From contig JBIOZG010000054.1 of the NCBI GenBank assembly GCA_044870765.1, positions 26,361 through 90,360 on the forward strand: a stretch of DNA of 64,000 bases, read 5' to 3'. The DNA is from Nitrososphaeraceae archaeon. Lineage in GTDB: Archaea > Thermoproteota > Nitrososphaeria > Nitrososphaerales > Nitrososphaeraceae. Shown one piece after another: positions 32,147 to 43,013 of this stretch. The notes below the pieces were generated by a model that saw nothing but the letters and a program-made list of their open reading frames with translations, did no database searches and was not told the DNA's origin. A program made the translations under genes and the position numbers. Position 1 is the stretch's first letter. Each line of letters begins with the position of its first letter.

Positions 32147-33016
32147 ATGAGCAGAATTCAGTATATACTATTCTCATCGTCAATATTGATTTTAGCCACC
32201 ATATTTGTTTCTTTTGCTTCATCACAAAATGTTACTAATCAAAGTAATTCTAATTCATCCATTATAGCTGATAAGATAAATAAAACAATAGATATAACAG
32301 TGATTGATACTGTAGGCGATATAGATTGTTCAAATAATTTAGATGAGCAAATCAAAAAAGATAATCCTGATCTCTTTATTGCGCTAGGAGATTTATGCTA
32401 TAAATCTGACCTTAGCAATTTTACTGGTACTTACGGTGATTTGAAAAAAGAGGGCATATTTGCTTGTATAATAGGCAACCATGACTCAGAAGAAGATGGT
32501 AATATAAAAATTCTAAATCAAACACGTGAATATTGTGGAGATCATTGGTATCGCAAAATTGCAAATAATACCACTCTGTTGATTGGACTAAATACAAATG
32601 GAGACACTAAACTGCAGACAAAATGGGGACAATCAGTGGTAACAAATTCAACATTGATGAAAGGGGTCAAAAATGTTATGTTAATATCTCATAAACCTGC
32701 ACACACACCACCCGAATCACATCACCCAGTAAGAAATTCAACTATCAGGATGATATCTGGTATTGAGAGCAATATAACAAAGAGTATTCAAGTATATGAA
32801 ATTGCTGCGCATAATCATTTCATGGCCGAATCAAGTAATGGACGTTGGTTCATTTCTGGAGCAGGAGGAAAGAGTCATTACGAAGGAGATACTAGTGAAG
32901 TGTGGCCATTTGTGAACACCAAGCAATACGGATACCTGCAAATCAGAATAAATAATACGAACGGAACGGTGAATAGTAGTAATTTCTACGGACTGGATGG
33001 CAAACTCATTCGTTAA
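32147..33016 (+). CDS. Secreted calcineurin-like metallophosphoesterase
   Basis: GDID, LGDLCY, GNHD, SHKP and AHNH motifs; signal peptide. Confidence 0.9.
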   Translation: MSRIQYILFSSSILILATIFVSFASSQNVTNQSNSNSSIIADKINKTIDITVIDTVGDIDCSNNLDEQIKKDNPDLFIALGDLCYKSDLSNFTGTYGDLKKEGIFACIIGNHDSEEDGNIKILNQTREYCGDHWYRKIANNTTLLIGLNTNGDTKLQTKWGQSVVTNSTLMKGVKNVMLISHKPAHTPPESHHPVRNSTIRMISGIESNITKSIQVYEIAAHNHFMAESSNGRWFISGAGGKSHYEGDTSEVWPFVNTKQYGYLQIRINNTNGTVNSSNFYGLDGKLIR

Positions 33017-33167
33017 GAGGTTATTAAAGAGAAATGTCGTAACATTTTGTTGTAGAGTTAGCTCATCCCAATACAGAGCATTACAATCCTTGGTGATCAT
33101 CTAAATGAAAAGGTCCATCTGATGAAAAAAGATTTCTAGTATTTTTACATAGTACTTCTTGTTACTT

Positions 33168-33587
33168 TTACTCGCCCATAATCTGCACATTGACATTTCG
33201 GTTCCTCGGTCTTGTATCCATTTCCAGTATGACTATTTGCTGCCACGTTCCCAATGTCAATTTGCCCTGCAGTATTGGAATAGTTAGACTTGGCCCTATT
33301 AGTGACGCTCGGACATGTGAGTGACCATTGCCATCATGCCATGTGTTGTCATGTTTATATTCTATATTTTTTGGTACAATCCTAGACAACATCGCAGGAA
33401 AATCATGTATAAGTCCTGGTTCATATTCAATAGTAGTTATTCCGGCCGTGGATCCTGAAACAAAAATAATGACAATCCCCTTTTCAATATTGCTCTCTTT
33501 TACTATATTTGATAACTGTTGCGTAATATCAATTACATCATTTTCACCTTCAGAATGTATCTGAATTGTTCTGGTTACAACTTCCAT
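33168..33587 (-). CDS. yjbQ: YjbQ / UPF0047 family protein
   Basis: GSTAGIT.IEYE, HDGNGHSHVRASL and LGTWQQI. Confidence 0.92.
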   Translation of the reverse strand: MEVVTRTIQIHSEGENDVIDITQQLSNIVKESNIEKGIVIIFVSGSTAGITTIEYEPGLIHDFPAMLSRIVPKNIEYKHDNTWHDGNGHSHVRASLIGPSLTIPILQGKLTLGTWQQIVILEMDTRPRNRNVNVQIMGE

Positions 33588-33796
33588 ATGACAATTTGTA
33601 CCCTACTCTACTATCTGCTTTTCTAAGTTTACTTGAATCATGTTAACTAGTGGGCTTTAATTTCTTTTATCATTAACTTCAAATGACATCCACATGGAAT
33701 TACTATTCGAAAGCAAACTCACCTATATTTCATATCATATCATTTGCATCTTTATTTTTCAAGTAATAATAAATAGGATGAACGATAAAATAACTT

Positions 33797-34270
33797 ATGA
33801 GTCAAATAAAAAAAATTCCAGAAGGATATCATTCAATAACTCCTGTTTTGATCGTGAAAGATGGGAATGCAGCAATTGAATTCTATAAGAAGGGATTTGA
33901 TGTAGAAGAGCGACATCGGTTGAAGAGTCCCGACGGCAAGGTCGCGCACGCTGAATTAAAGTGAGGTGATTCTATCTTTATGTTGTCAGATGAATATCCG
34001 GAGATGAAATGTCATTCACCCAATTCAATTGGTGGAAGTCCAGTTTCCATGTATGTCTATGTTGAAGATGTTGATGAACTTTTCAATAAAGCTGTCTCTG
34101 CAGGCGCTAAAGTTCTGGATCCTGTGAAGGATCAATTCTGGGGCGATCGCCATGGTCGACTAGAAGATCCATTTGGACATCTTTGGTCAATAGCGACTCA
34201 CAAAAAAGACCTCTCAGAAGAGGAAATGAAAAGAGCAGCAGAAACAGCTTTTTCTCAAATGTCAAAGTAA
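33797..34270 (+). pseudogene. VOC/glyoxalase (PhnB-like) gene with in-frame TGA
   Basis: MSQIKKIPEGYHSITP...HAELK*GDSIFMLSDE...DQFWGDR..DPFGH; TGA at 33962-33964. Confidence 0.88.
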
Positions 34271-34458
34271 ATTTTCATCTTAATCATTTTCCCTCATTGT
34301 TTCAATATTAGGATTCATTAGGAAAGTACAATATAGACAAATAATACCCTTGTGTTCACAATATTCCAATCATTTTGTACTTGCTATTTGGTAACAAAAA
34401 CGTAGACTTTATACTATATATTGATCATGAATCAATCTGATATAGCTAATGTAAATAA

Positions 34459-34830
34459 GTGGTAAATGTGGTTAATATTCTAATTAATTTTGCAGGTGAC
34501 GTATTTCTAGCTGAAGCCGTTAAAGATTACTTATCGTCTAAGGGATTTATCTTAGACATACATATGACGCCCAACAAAGACGAAATAAGCATATCAATAC
34601 AAGAAAATAATATACGAAAAGGAAATAACCTGATTAAAGAAATTCTGCGAAATTATTTAGACGAACATAATCTGACAAAGTATAATGTCTCCGAATTTGA
34701 GAATATCCTCACTGTGGGAATTCCAAAGAAGATCGAAGAAATCTCAAATCTCCTGATGTGTGAGATATGTGGGTGGAGATTAAACACAGAAGAGGAATTA
34801 CTCATCCATAGAAGGACACATTGGTTTTAA
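34459..34830 (+). CDS. Hypothetical protein with C-terminal C2H2 zinc finger
   Basis: CEICGW...LLIHRRTH. Confidence 0.75.
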   Translation: MVNVVNILINFAGDVFLAEAVKDYLSSKGFILDIHMTPNKDEISISIQENNIRKGNNLIKEILRNYLDEHNLTKYNVSEFENILTVGIPKKIEEISNLLMCEICGWRLNTEEELLIHRRTHWF

Positions 34831-34874
34831 AAATATAATGAGCCTTAAATCAACAATAACATTTACTTAATATC

Positions 34875-36119
34875 ATGGCAATTCGTGTCTTTTTTTTAAT
34901 GAAAGTAGCGATGCTTGTGATTTTTCTTTGTATCGGAATATTTTATTCTTTATTGATTGCCTTCGCACTGTATTCAAATGTGCTTTTCGTTTTGTCTCAA
35001 GTTGTATATGATCCTATCCACTTGTTGTCTAAAAACATAGATCACCAAGGAATAATACAGGAAATAAATGCTCAAAACGGTATTAAAAATGGTAATAATA
35101 GTTTGACAACTTCAAGACAATTAAACACAGAAGATATAACTGTTGGTCTATGGACGCCTATGAACAATAGTTTTGCTCTTCAGCATCTAGAAGGCGAGAA
35201 GCAGAAAAAGGCAATAGATACACTTCTCAATAAAGGTTATCAGGAGTATTATTACGTCATGAATAACTTTGAAGATCCCAAATCTCTGAAATTGACAGAA
35301 TCGTTACTAAAGACAGCTAATAAAACGAATCTAAAAATAATAATCATACTCCTTCCTCCGTCTGAAGGTGGATCGGATACAAGTTACGATTGGGACGGAT
35401 GGATGACATACTTTAATTCTCTTGAAAAGAAATATCCATCATCATTTGAGGGTTTTACAATAGATGATTTTAACTGGATAAGTACGAAAACTACCACTAA
35501 ATTCAAGAACAATATAGATTTTATGGAATATACCATGCTCTCCAAATCTCTTGAGCACAAAAGTAAGAACGTAAAGTTTTATCCAACAATTTATTTTGAA
35601 GGGAAAAAAACTGGAATAATTGTAAAGAAATACAATAATTTTATTGATGGTTTAGTGGTGGCCAGTGGATGTTACTATAATGTATCAATTTTAGAAAGGC
35701 AACTAGATATATTCTCAGAAATTTTCAAAAAGCCGATGAGGTATATCGTATATCCTACTATAACTTATAATTATTCGAGACTTGATTATAGTCCTCCCAC
35801 GGACCGGCTAATAATGGCGACCTTATCAATAGCATCAAAAACTTCTGATGGTTTGATAGTTTGGCGTGATCTAGATAATCCTGTAATACAGGAACATATG
35901 AGATACAGACATGATAAACAATATCTCTTGGATATCTCAAATTCTAAACAAGCACAAATTAAAGAAGAGATGATGGACACAAATGGCAAGTCAAAGATAA
36001 GCAATTTGCATACTGGCTGTAGTAATTGGGCTAAGAAGTATAATGAAGCATATGATAAATGGAAAAATTCACCAAAAGGGGAAGTAGATGATAAATGGAA
36101 AAAAACGATTCTACACTAA
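34875..36119 (+). CDS. Membrane-anchored hypothetical protein, possible TIM-barrel glycoside hydrolase fold
   Basis: N-terminal TM; GFTIDDF, FYPTIY and DGLIVW beta/alpha pattern. Confidence 0.6.
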   Translation: MAIRVFFLMKVAMLVIFLCIGIFYSLLIAFALYSNVLFVLSQVVYDPIHLLSKNIDHQGIIQEINAQNGIKNGNNSLTTSRQLNTEDITVGLWTPMNNSFALQHLEGEKQKKAIDTLLNKGYQEYYYVMNNFEDPKSLKLTESLLKTANKTNLKIIIILLPPSEGGSDTSYDWDGWMTYFNSLEKKYPSSFEGFTIDDFNWISTKTTTKFKNNIDFMEYTMLSKSLEHKSKNVKFYPTIYFEGKKTGIIVKKYNNFIDGLVVASGCYYNVSILERQLDIFSEIFKKPMRYIVYPTITYNYSRLDYSPPTDRLIMATLSIASKTSDGLIVWRDLDNPVIQEHMRYRHDKQYLLDISNSKQAQIKEEMMDTNGKSKISNLHTGCSNWAKKYNEAYDKWKNSPKGEVDDKWKKTILH

Positions 36120-36221
36120 TTCGATCAAAACTAATTAATTTATATTTACCAAATCAAGGAATGTTTGAACTAAACGACATTAGATAAGACCATTATGCAA
36201 ATTGAATTTGAAAATTGCTAG

Positions 36222-37403
36222 TCAGTCCAAATATTCTACCGCTTTTTTCTCGCCTTGTCTAATTAGTTCCTTTATTGTCTCTACAGAAAAATCAGCGTTT
36301 TGTAGGGGGTAAGGACTTTCTGGAATAATTCTAGTAATTCTTTTTAGTTTCAGAATCTTAGCTCCGTGCTTTTCAACCAGTATATAGTGTTCCTTATTAA
36401 TGTAGTCGATCTTTTCTTTCTCTATTTTCTTTTGATCAGAAGCCTGGACTATATCATATAGCTCTTCAATTAAATTTACATGCCTTGTTATAAGTCTAGA
36501 CATTTTTTCGAGGCTTTCTGTCTTGTCGCTAAACATTATATCTTTGGCCCTTGACATAACTTCACTCATATTTGCAGGCAGTTTTTCTATTTTTCTGGGA
36601 TAGTTTTCCACGACAAAGATGTTTTTATTCTTACTCGGAGATGAGACCATTACCTCGCGAATCGGCGTATTGCTTAATAAAGAACCATCCCAAGCAAATT
36701 TGCCATCGCTTACTTTCACCCATGGAAATCCATATTGTGGGTATCCGATAGTGGCAAGAAGGTGTTTCATCTCAATAGTCCTCTTGTAACTATCAAAGAT
36801 AAGCGGTTCTGCACTAAGAACATCAACTGCAGTAATTATAAGTCTAGTATTGCCGTTACTATTACTTTCATTAGTATTATTCTGTTGGCTTCTTGGGGAA
36901 AGTTTCTTAAAATCGATGTACTTTTCTAAGGTCTTACTTAAGACAGAATTGTCATAAATATAAGTCCATTTCCATGGAGGTTGATAATATTGTTCTATTT
37001 GTGAACTATCTGGATTAGAAATATTAAAGTTAAGCCACCTTGGTATAAAGAAATCCGGAACCCCATAAAATGCTGCATTTAGTGATGCTGCAGGAGATCT
37101 TTTCAGTTTCGTTTGATATTTTTGATAGTCAAAGTCAAAGGTGAAAATATCAGGGATTATATTGTAACTGCTTTCTGCCAAATCCAACCAAAAATTCTCC
37201 AAGTCGACTTCAGGTCTATCATTATTGCTGCCAGCAGCTATTGCGCCATTGATACCACCTATTGATGTTCCTGCTATTATGTCAAATTTCTTATTTTTTT
37301 TCGCAAATGCTTTAAAAACTCCACACGCAAAAGCTCCTAAGGAGCCGCCGCCTTGTAGTATCAATACATTTTCTACACCTTTCTCATGCTTGTGATTGGC
37401 CAA
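36222..37403 (-). CDS. Patatin-like phospholipase/esterase
   Basis: LQGGGSLG, GTSIG nucleophile motif, WDGSLLSNTP, C-terminal DFS. Confidence 0.92.
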   Translation of the reverse strand: MANHKHEKGVENVLILQGGGSLGAFACGVFKAFAKKNKKFDIIAGTSIGGINGAIAAGSNNDRPEVDLENFWLDLAESSYNIIPDIFTFDFDYQKYQTKLKRSPAASLNAAFYGVPDFFIPRWLNFNISNPDSSQIEQYYQPPWKWTYIYDNSVLSKTLEKYIDFKKLSPRSQQNNTNESNSNGNTRLIITAVDVLSAEPLIFDSYKRTIEMKHLLATIGYPQYGFPWVKVSDGKFAWDGSLLSNTPIREVMVSSPSKNKNIFVVENYPRKIEKLPANMSEVMSRAKDIMFSDKTESLEKMSRLITRHVNLIEELYDIVQASDQKKIEKEKIDYINKEHYILVEKHGAKILKLKRITRIIPESPYPLQNADFSVETIKELIRQGEKKAVEYLD

Positions 37404-37615
37404 TACATCTTATTGTATTACAAATAATCTTAACGTTTCTTTTTCAAAAATTTCGCAATATGGAAATTGATATACAAATCTCACATGACGATAAAAAAAT
37501 TCGTTACGCAATAAATAATGTACAGCTATGGTAAATTATGGTAACTTTACTTTCCGATTATTTTGACCATGAAATGAGATCTATCAACTATTAAAACAAT
37601 GTTGCCCATGTTGTT

Positions 37616-37960
37616 ATGATGAAAAAAGAACTAATTATCGGAACTATGACCTTCGTATTAGCGATTGCATTAATTTATATGCCAACAGGATACGCACAAA
37701 ATCTAACAACAAATGCCTCAAATGCCGCAGGTAATATGTCAGCTTCAGCCAACCAGACTGCTTCAGAACTCGGACAAAACGCTTCATCAGCACTTAACAA
37801 AACAGGTGAATCTTTAGCAAAAATAGGAAAAAATGCTACTGAAATTGGTGGAGATATACTTAATAAAACTGGTGAAGGAGTTAAAGGATTTCTAGGCGGA
37901 GCCGCAGATGTCGTCAGTAATATAAGCGAGGAAGTAAAAGAAGGCGTAGGGAAGAAATAG
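37616..37960 (+). CDS. Secreted low-complexity protein with multiple N-x-S/T sequons
   Basis: Signal peptide; NLT, NAS, NMS, NQT and NKT repeats. Confidence 0.75.
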   Translation: MMKKELIIGTMTFVLAIALIYMPTGYAQNLTTNASNAAGNMSASANQTASELGQNASSALNKTGESLAKIGKNATEIGGDILNKTGEGVKGFLGGAADVVSNISEEVKEGVGKK

Positions 37961-38170
37961 ACAGAATTTTATGATTTTTTGGGCTGGCTTGCTGATATCT
38001 GAAATTCGTATTTAGATATCAGTATTAAATCAGCAACATTCTGTTATAGATCCTAAACTTAGAATTAAAACCAAAGTAATGTATCAAATTGTTTCAACCG
38101 TCTCCCTCTAGGATACTATAAAAAATATATAGCTCAATATTGGATATCATTTATTTTCTGGTAGATACAG

Positions 38171-39250
38171 ATGTCAAAAAATCCTAACAAGAATTCCTCG
38201 AAGGATGTTATCGTACGTAATATGAATACAATAAACTCTAATGAAATGATTCTAGTATTAAATCCAAATTCTCAAGGAGGTAACACGGGAAAAAATTGGA
38301 TTGAAACCTATAATAACGTTAAGGGTTTTCTACCCAAAGATCACAAAATTATTTTTACTAAAAAAACGAATGACGGTATATTTGTAACCCGTAAGTTACT
38401 TAGAGAAGGATATAGAAATATTGTTGCTATCGGCGGAGATGGCACCATTAATGAGGTTGCAAATGGCTTTTTTGATCTTAAATTACAAGACAAACATTCC
38501 AAAGATTTTGGGAAAATAAATTTTGACTCTAAATTAAAACAAATAAACCCAAATGGAATTATGTACATTGTTCCGTCAGGCAGTCGAAATGTGATGGCAA
38601 GATCTCTTGAGATAAAACATCAGGGTCCCGAATCCTTGATACGGATTAAACAGATGAAGAAACGTAAAATGGATGTTATAGCAGCTATTATAACTGATAA
38701 GGATGACCCGTCTATATTTCATAACAGGATTATAATGAATGCAGCAGAGATTGGTGTCGGAGCTGAAATCATAGACAGATCCAAGAAAGTGAGAGGAAAG
38801 ATAAAGAATCGTTTTGTATCTACCGTGGCAAGCATAATTGCTACTCTTCCAGCATATAGTAGTAATGAGTGTGACATAATCATTGACAAGCATAAGAAAA
38901 TCTCTACAAAAATGACAATGGGTATAGTTGCCAATGGTCGATTCCTAGGTGGGGGTTTCAAAGCGGCTCCTCGTGCGAGATTCTCCGATGGTCTACTGGA
39001 TTTTATTATATTAAAAAACTCGGGCAGTTTCAAAATGATTGATAAACTGATCGAATTAAAGGGAACAAGTAGTTATAAATATGAAGAGGATATTCTGTAT
39101 TATCAAGCTTCAGAAGTGAAGATTTTACCAAAAGAGAGTGAGGTTACTGTTACTATCGATGGGGAACCAATTGGAAGGCTCCCAGCATTTTTCAAAAGTT
39201 ATCCTAACGCCTTGACCATAAAGAGTGAGGCATCTTCAGTACGAATCTAG
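38171..39250 (+). CDS. Diacylglycerol/lipid kinase family (YegS/BmrU-like)
   Basis: LNPNS, GGDGTINEVANG, PSGSRN, NGRFLGGG and IDGE motifs. Confidence 0.92.
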   Translation: MSKNPNKNSSKDVIVRNMNTINSNEMILVLNPNSQGGNTGKNWIETYNNVKGFLPKDHKIIFTKKTNDGIFVTRKLLREGYRNIVAIGGDGTINEVANGFFDLKLQDKHSKDFGKINFDSKLKQINPNGIMYIVPSGSRNVMARSLEIKHQGPESLIRIKQMKKRKMDVIAAIITDKDDPSIFHNRIIMNAAEIGVGAEIIDRSKKVRGKIKNRFVSTVASIIATLPAYSSNECDIIIDKHKKISTKMTMGIVANGRFLGGGFKAAPRARFSDGLLDFIILKNSGSFKMIDKLIELKGTSSYKYEEDILYYQASEVKILPKESEVTVTIDGEPIGRLPAFFKSYPNALTIKSEASSVRI

Positions 39251-39666
39251 ATATTTTTGTTGGGTAAGGGAGCACGCAAATATTGTAAAATTAAAGATTA
39301 ACGCATTGTTACTGATATGTGCATTAGATTATTGCTTGATATTTTTTGACAATTTTCGTGCAGTCTTTTTTCGTTCGTCTTCATCTTTCTGAATTTCGGA
39401 ATGACCTTCTGGAATATCAGAGGTTCTCCAAATTGTCCACTAGTTGCGTCGTTAAGTGCCTGATCCCGTTTAAATGGGTTCTTCTTTTCGGTACTCAATG
39501 TTATTATTTATTCAATATGCTTATTATGAATTACAATAAATACTGATTTTACGAATTTAACTCTACCAATTTTTGATACTACGTTTTCCTACTCTAAAAT
39601 AGTTGTAAATTCAAAATAGAGGTAGTCGGAATCGCATTGTTAGTGGGATTAGGAATTGAAGAGGTA

Positions 39667-40338
39667 CTATATCGCAACATTAATACTCACTTCAAGAGCG
39701 TCTTTAATTTCTTTATTGAACTCGAGGGTGGTCTTTGTAGTACGACTGATATAGTTACCTGAATTCCTGACATAATCCAGATAATCCCCCATTTCATCCT
39801 CATACATTATCACATTGTCTGCTACTACTACTGCTCTTTTATTCAGCAGACCATATTGTTCAATAAGTTGGAGATATTTTAGATATTCGCTCTTAGTAGC
39901 GTCCAGGAAAACCATGTCGAATTTGTATTTAGACTTGAGTTTTGGGATCTCTTTCAAACCATCACCATAGATTAGATGTATTTTATCAGATAGTCCAGAA
40001 TTTTCTATGTTGCTTCTTGCAATCTGTGCCATCTTCCCATCTTTCTCCAAAGTAAAAAGAATGGGTTCGCTTGAATTATTTTCAAAATCAATATTCATTT
40101 TCTTTTTTCCTGCTTTCTGAATTAAAATATTAATTGTTATTAAAATCGCCGAATATCCGTGCAACGTTCCGATTTCAAGCGCTTTTTCAGGCTTATGTTC
40201 TTTGATGATATCTTTCATAATTTTTCCTTTAATAGGACCTATTGAAGGAAGAAATTCCTTTTTCGCCGTTTTTTCGATATCTTGCAGCACCTTCGCCACG
40301 GTATTTTCTAGATTGTTGGGTCTGCTTTTACTTTTCAA
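39667..40338 (-). CDS. Class I SAM O-methyltransferase (Methyltransf_3)
   Basis: LEIGTLHGYSA, FDMVFLDA and VADNV. Confidence 0.9.
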   Translation of the reverse strand: MKSKSRPNNLENTVAKVLQDIEKTAKKEFLPSIGPIKGKIMKDIIKEHKPEKALEIGTLHGYSAILITINILIQKAGKKKMNIDFENNSSEPILFTLEKDGKMAQIARSNIENSGLSDKIHLIYGDGLKEIPKLKSKYKFDMVFLDATKSEYLKYLQLIEQYGLLNKRAVVVADNVIMYEDEMGDYLDYVRNSGNYISRTTKTTLEFNKEIKDALEVSINVAI

Positions 40339-40485
40339 GTTTTGTTATTACTTTTTCATTACCTTGGTATAAGAAAATTTCTACAAAATACAATAATCGT
40401 AGTCTGCTAATAAAAATTCAATTTCTATTCAATGCAGCATATTTTCCTAGAAAAGAGTTATTAAAAATAGTGCCAATATTCGATT

Positions 40486-40902
40486 ATGAGTAAACAATCA
40501 AACCTGGATTTAAGTGACCCTCGGATTAGAAGTCTTTTTGAAGGTAAGAATCTTGCCTTTTTATCTTCATTAATGAAAGATGGCTCTCCACATGTAACTC
40601 CAGTTTGGGTTGATATTGAAGATGGTAATATACTTGTAAACACTGCATTAGGTAGAGTAAAACAGAGGAATATTTCTAGAGATCCAAGAGTAGCCTTGTC
40701 TATAATTGATCAACATAATCAGTATGAAATGGTTACTCTTAGAGGTAAGGTAACTGAGCAAATAACGGGAGACAGGGCTGAAAAACATATTGATAAGCTT
40801 GCTAAAAAATATATTGACAAGGATAAATATCCATGGAGATCAAAAGCAGAAAAAAGGGTTATTTTAAAGATAAAACCAGGGAAAGTATTTCATATGAATT
40901 AG
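40486..40902 (+). CDS. PPOX-class F420-dependent oxidoreductase
   Basis: DGSPHVTPVWVD, KQRNISRDPRVALS and IDKLAKKY. Confidence 0.92.
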   Translation: MSKQSNLDLSDPRIRSLFEGKNLAFLSSLMKDGSPHVTPVWVDIEDGNILVNTALGRVKQRNISRDPRVALSIIDQHNQYEMVTLRGKVTEQITGDRAEKHIDKLAKKYIDKDKYPWRSKAEKRVILKIKPGKVFHMN

Positions 40903-40972
40903 CACTCAATTTATATAGCTCCCAAGGCTTCGAAATTGAAATCGTTATATTCTATAATGGATTATGTATACC

Positions 40973-41071
40973 ATGTCATCAGAAAATCAGGAAAAGTGCG
41001 CAGCATGCGGAATGACATTCAATAATCAGGACGAATTGAAGGAACATATGTTAGAATTACATCGGGAATAA
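40973..41071 (+). CDS. 32-aa single C2H2 zinc-finger microprotein (not in ORF track)
   Basis: MSSENQEKCAACGMTFNNQDELKEHMLELHRE. Confidence 0.8.
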   Translation: MSSENQEKCAACGMTFNNQDELKEHMLELHRE

Positions 41072-41126
41072 TAACTCCGAGTAATTCAATCAGATGTAAT
41101 TTTGGAACACATGCGGTGGAATTGAT

Positions 41127-41345
41127 CTAAGCAAGCTCATAGATTGGTGGAGATATTTTTTCTTCCATAGCACTCAGAATCTGGTCGATGCAGTCGTGAC
41201 TAATAATTGATGGAATTGACACCCTAAGTTCTGTTGGGACCAAATAATTAATGTATTTTAATACCTGCCATCTTCTTCCGATGTCTTTCTCTTCCCGGCA
41301 AATATTTATCAGATTGATAAGTTGTTTACTGTTTTTTAGCATCAC
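41127..41345 (-). CDS. Hypothetical protein
   Basis: 72-aa protein-like ORF. Confidence 0.5.
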   Translation of the reverse strand: MMLKNSKQLINLINICREEKDIGRRWQVLKYINYLVPTELRVSIPSIISHDCIDQILSAMEEKISPPIYELA

Positions 41346-41593
41346 AAATACTATGAGCTTACAGATTTATGAGCTTTAACTACCAATTTCTTCTACAATT
41401 GTTCTGTATCATAAATATTAAAAATTCCTAGGTACATTTTTAGCACGACTATTTGCCTTGCTTTTTATTTGAGAAATTAATCCTCTGTTCTGTAAATGCT
41501 ATAGACATTTTGAAACCAGTTCATAGTTCGTTTTTAAGTAATATGGTCTCAATTCTAGATCAGACATATATGCAATAATGACAATTACTGATT

Positions 41594-41725
41594 ATGGACT
41601 GCGATTTTTGTAGAAAAGAGAGTGAAAAGTATAAATCATTCTACTCTCCTTCTGGTGCGGATCCACGTGAATATCATATATGCATAGATTGCATTAAGAG
41701 TTGGCTAAGTGAAGTAGAACAGTGA
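41594..41725 (+). CDS. 43-aa C4 Zn-finger microprotein, ClpX-ZBD-like (not in ORF track)
   Basis: MDCDFCRK...YHICIDCIKSWL. Confidence 0.7.
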   Translation: MDCDFCRKESEKYKSFYSPSGADPREYHICIDCIKSWLSEVEQ

Positions 41726-41777
41726 AAGCATTGTTGGTAATAACCACCAACTAAAAGTTGAGTCAGCTTAACGCAAA

Positions 41778-42185
41778 CTAATTGCGGGTATAATCTTGGC
41801 TATGAGGATAATTCAATATTCTATTGCGACCAACTATTCGAAACTTGTATTGATCGCCGTACAGGTTAGAATAAAAGTGAGCATAACTTTTGGCAGCAGT
41901 AAATGTAGTGAAATTGGTTCTTAGCCCATCTACGGCTGTTTTATTACCATATACGTCCTCTATCTCGATAATGTAGTATTTAGGTAACTTCTTAAATTGC
42001 TTGATTGTCATGTACATTATAATTAGGAAGAATGCTACCACGGTAAGAACCATAAGTAAATGTTCAAAACCCTTTACAAATTCTAAAATGTTATTTATTA
42101 CGTTCTGCTCAAACCATTTTGAAGATAATGATAATAATCTAATAGCTACTACTACTAAATAGTCAATCACTTCATCCGCCCCCAA
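41778..42185 (-). CDS. Hypothetical membrane protein
   Basis: One clear TM helix plus a small C-terminal domain. Confidence 0.6.
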   Translation of the reverse strand: MGADEVIDYLVVVAIRLLSLSSKWFEQNVINNILEFVKGFEHLLMVLTVVAFFLIIMYMTIKQFKKLPKYYIIEIEDVYGNKTAVDGLRTNFTTFTAAKSYAHFYSNLYGDQYKFRIVGRNRILNYPHSQDYTRN

Positions 42186-42427
42186 TTGGCATTAACAGTC
42201 ACAAGATATTATCTACTTAGCTCTTTAAAAAACTATCTATGGATATTAAAGGACAATTCTGATTCTATTTACTAATTTTTAAATTCGTGTTACGCTATCG
42301 TTAATATTTAAGTTCTATTTACAGTATCAATTCAAAATTCAAATCGAACCACCGTGTTGTCAAAACCAGAGTGGATATCTATATAAAAAGAAAAAGTTTG
42401 AGGATATAGACTTTGAGTTTGGATCTT

Positions 42428-42862
42428 TTAATTATCGCCCTTTAACAGATTTATTGCTTCAACTAGTTTGGCATCGGTAGCATTAATGTGAATATCCAAT
42501 TCTGATTGTTGCGCCTTATCTTTTATCAAATCCCGCAATTCTTCTCGCATCTTATGTTCAATATCTTCCATGAAAGCGTGAGAGCTTTTTTTCTCAAGTT
42601 CTTCTTCGACATGTTCGAAATTGTCTAGATAAGCTGCGATTGCTAATTCCTCTGCACCTGTGTAATTACTATTCTTATACTCAAATGATGATTGATTCAA
42701 CAAACTTATGGCGTTCTCCAAGTAGTCGACAAATTTATTTGATTTACCGTCAGTCCCAATGGCTTCTTTTTCCTGTGCAAACCCCATTTGCATTTCGGAT
42801 ACAGACAGAGGCATGATGATAGCAGCTATCAAGATGCTCCATTTTGGATTGATTTTTTCCAT
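42428..42862 (-). CDS. Secreted helical protein resembling FTR1-associated extracellular domains
   Basis: Signal peptide; AEELAIAAYLDNFEHVE motif. Confidence 0.65.
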   Translation of the reverse strand: MEKINPKWSILIAAIIMPLSVSEMQMGFAQEKEAIGTDGKSNKFVDYLENAISLLNQSSFEYKNSNYTGAEELAIAAYLDNFEHVEEELEKKSSHAFMEDIEHKMREELRDLIKDKAQQSELDIHINATDAKLVEAINLLKGDN

Positions 42863-43013
42863 TGTTAGGTCGCCCTAAGTAAAATTCACGAATTATTTAA
42901 ACGATTTTGGGAGGGACAAAAATGGGTTGATTCTATGACATTGTGCCGCTCAGGGAATCAACAATTCTAATACTTTTTATGTCTAAGACATGAAAAAATA
43001 ATCTTAATAAAAA

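Noticed and set aside
33962-33964. TGA as selenocysteine or an alternative genetic code
   Set aside because: The position aligns with Leu/Ile rather than Cys or Trp, and TGA serves as a normal stop throughout the window.
39298-39498. Small ORF with a possible frameshift (alternative frame DIPEGHSEIQKDEDERKK)
   Set aside because: No recognisable family, so it cannot be distinguished from chance without a homology search.
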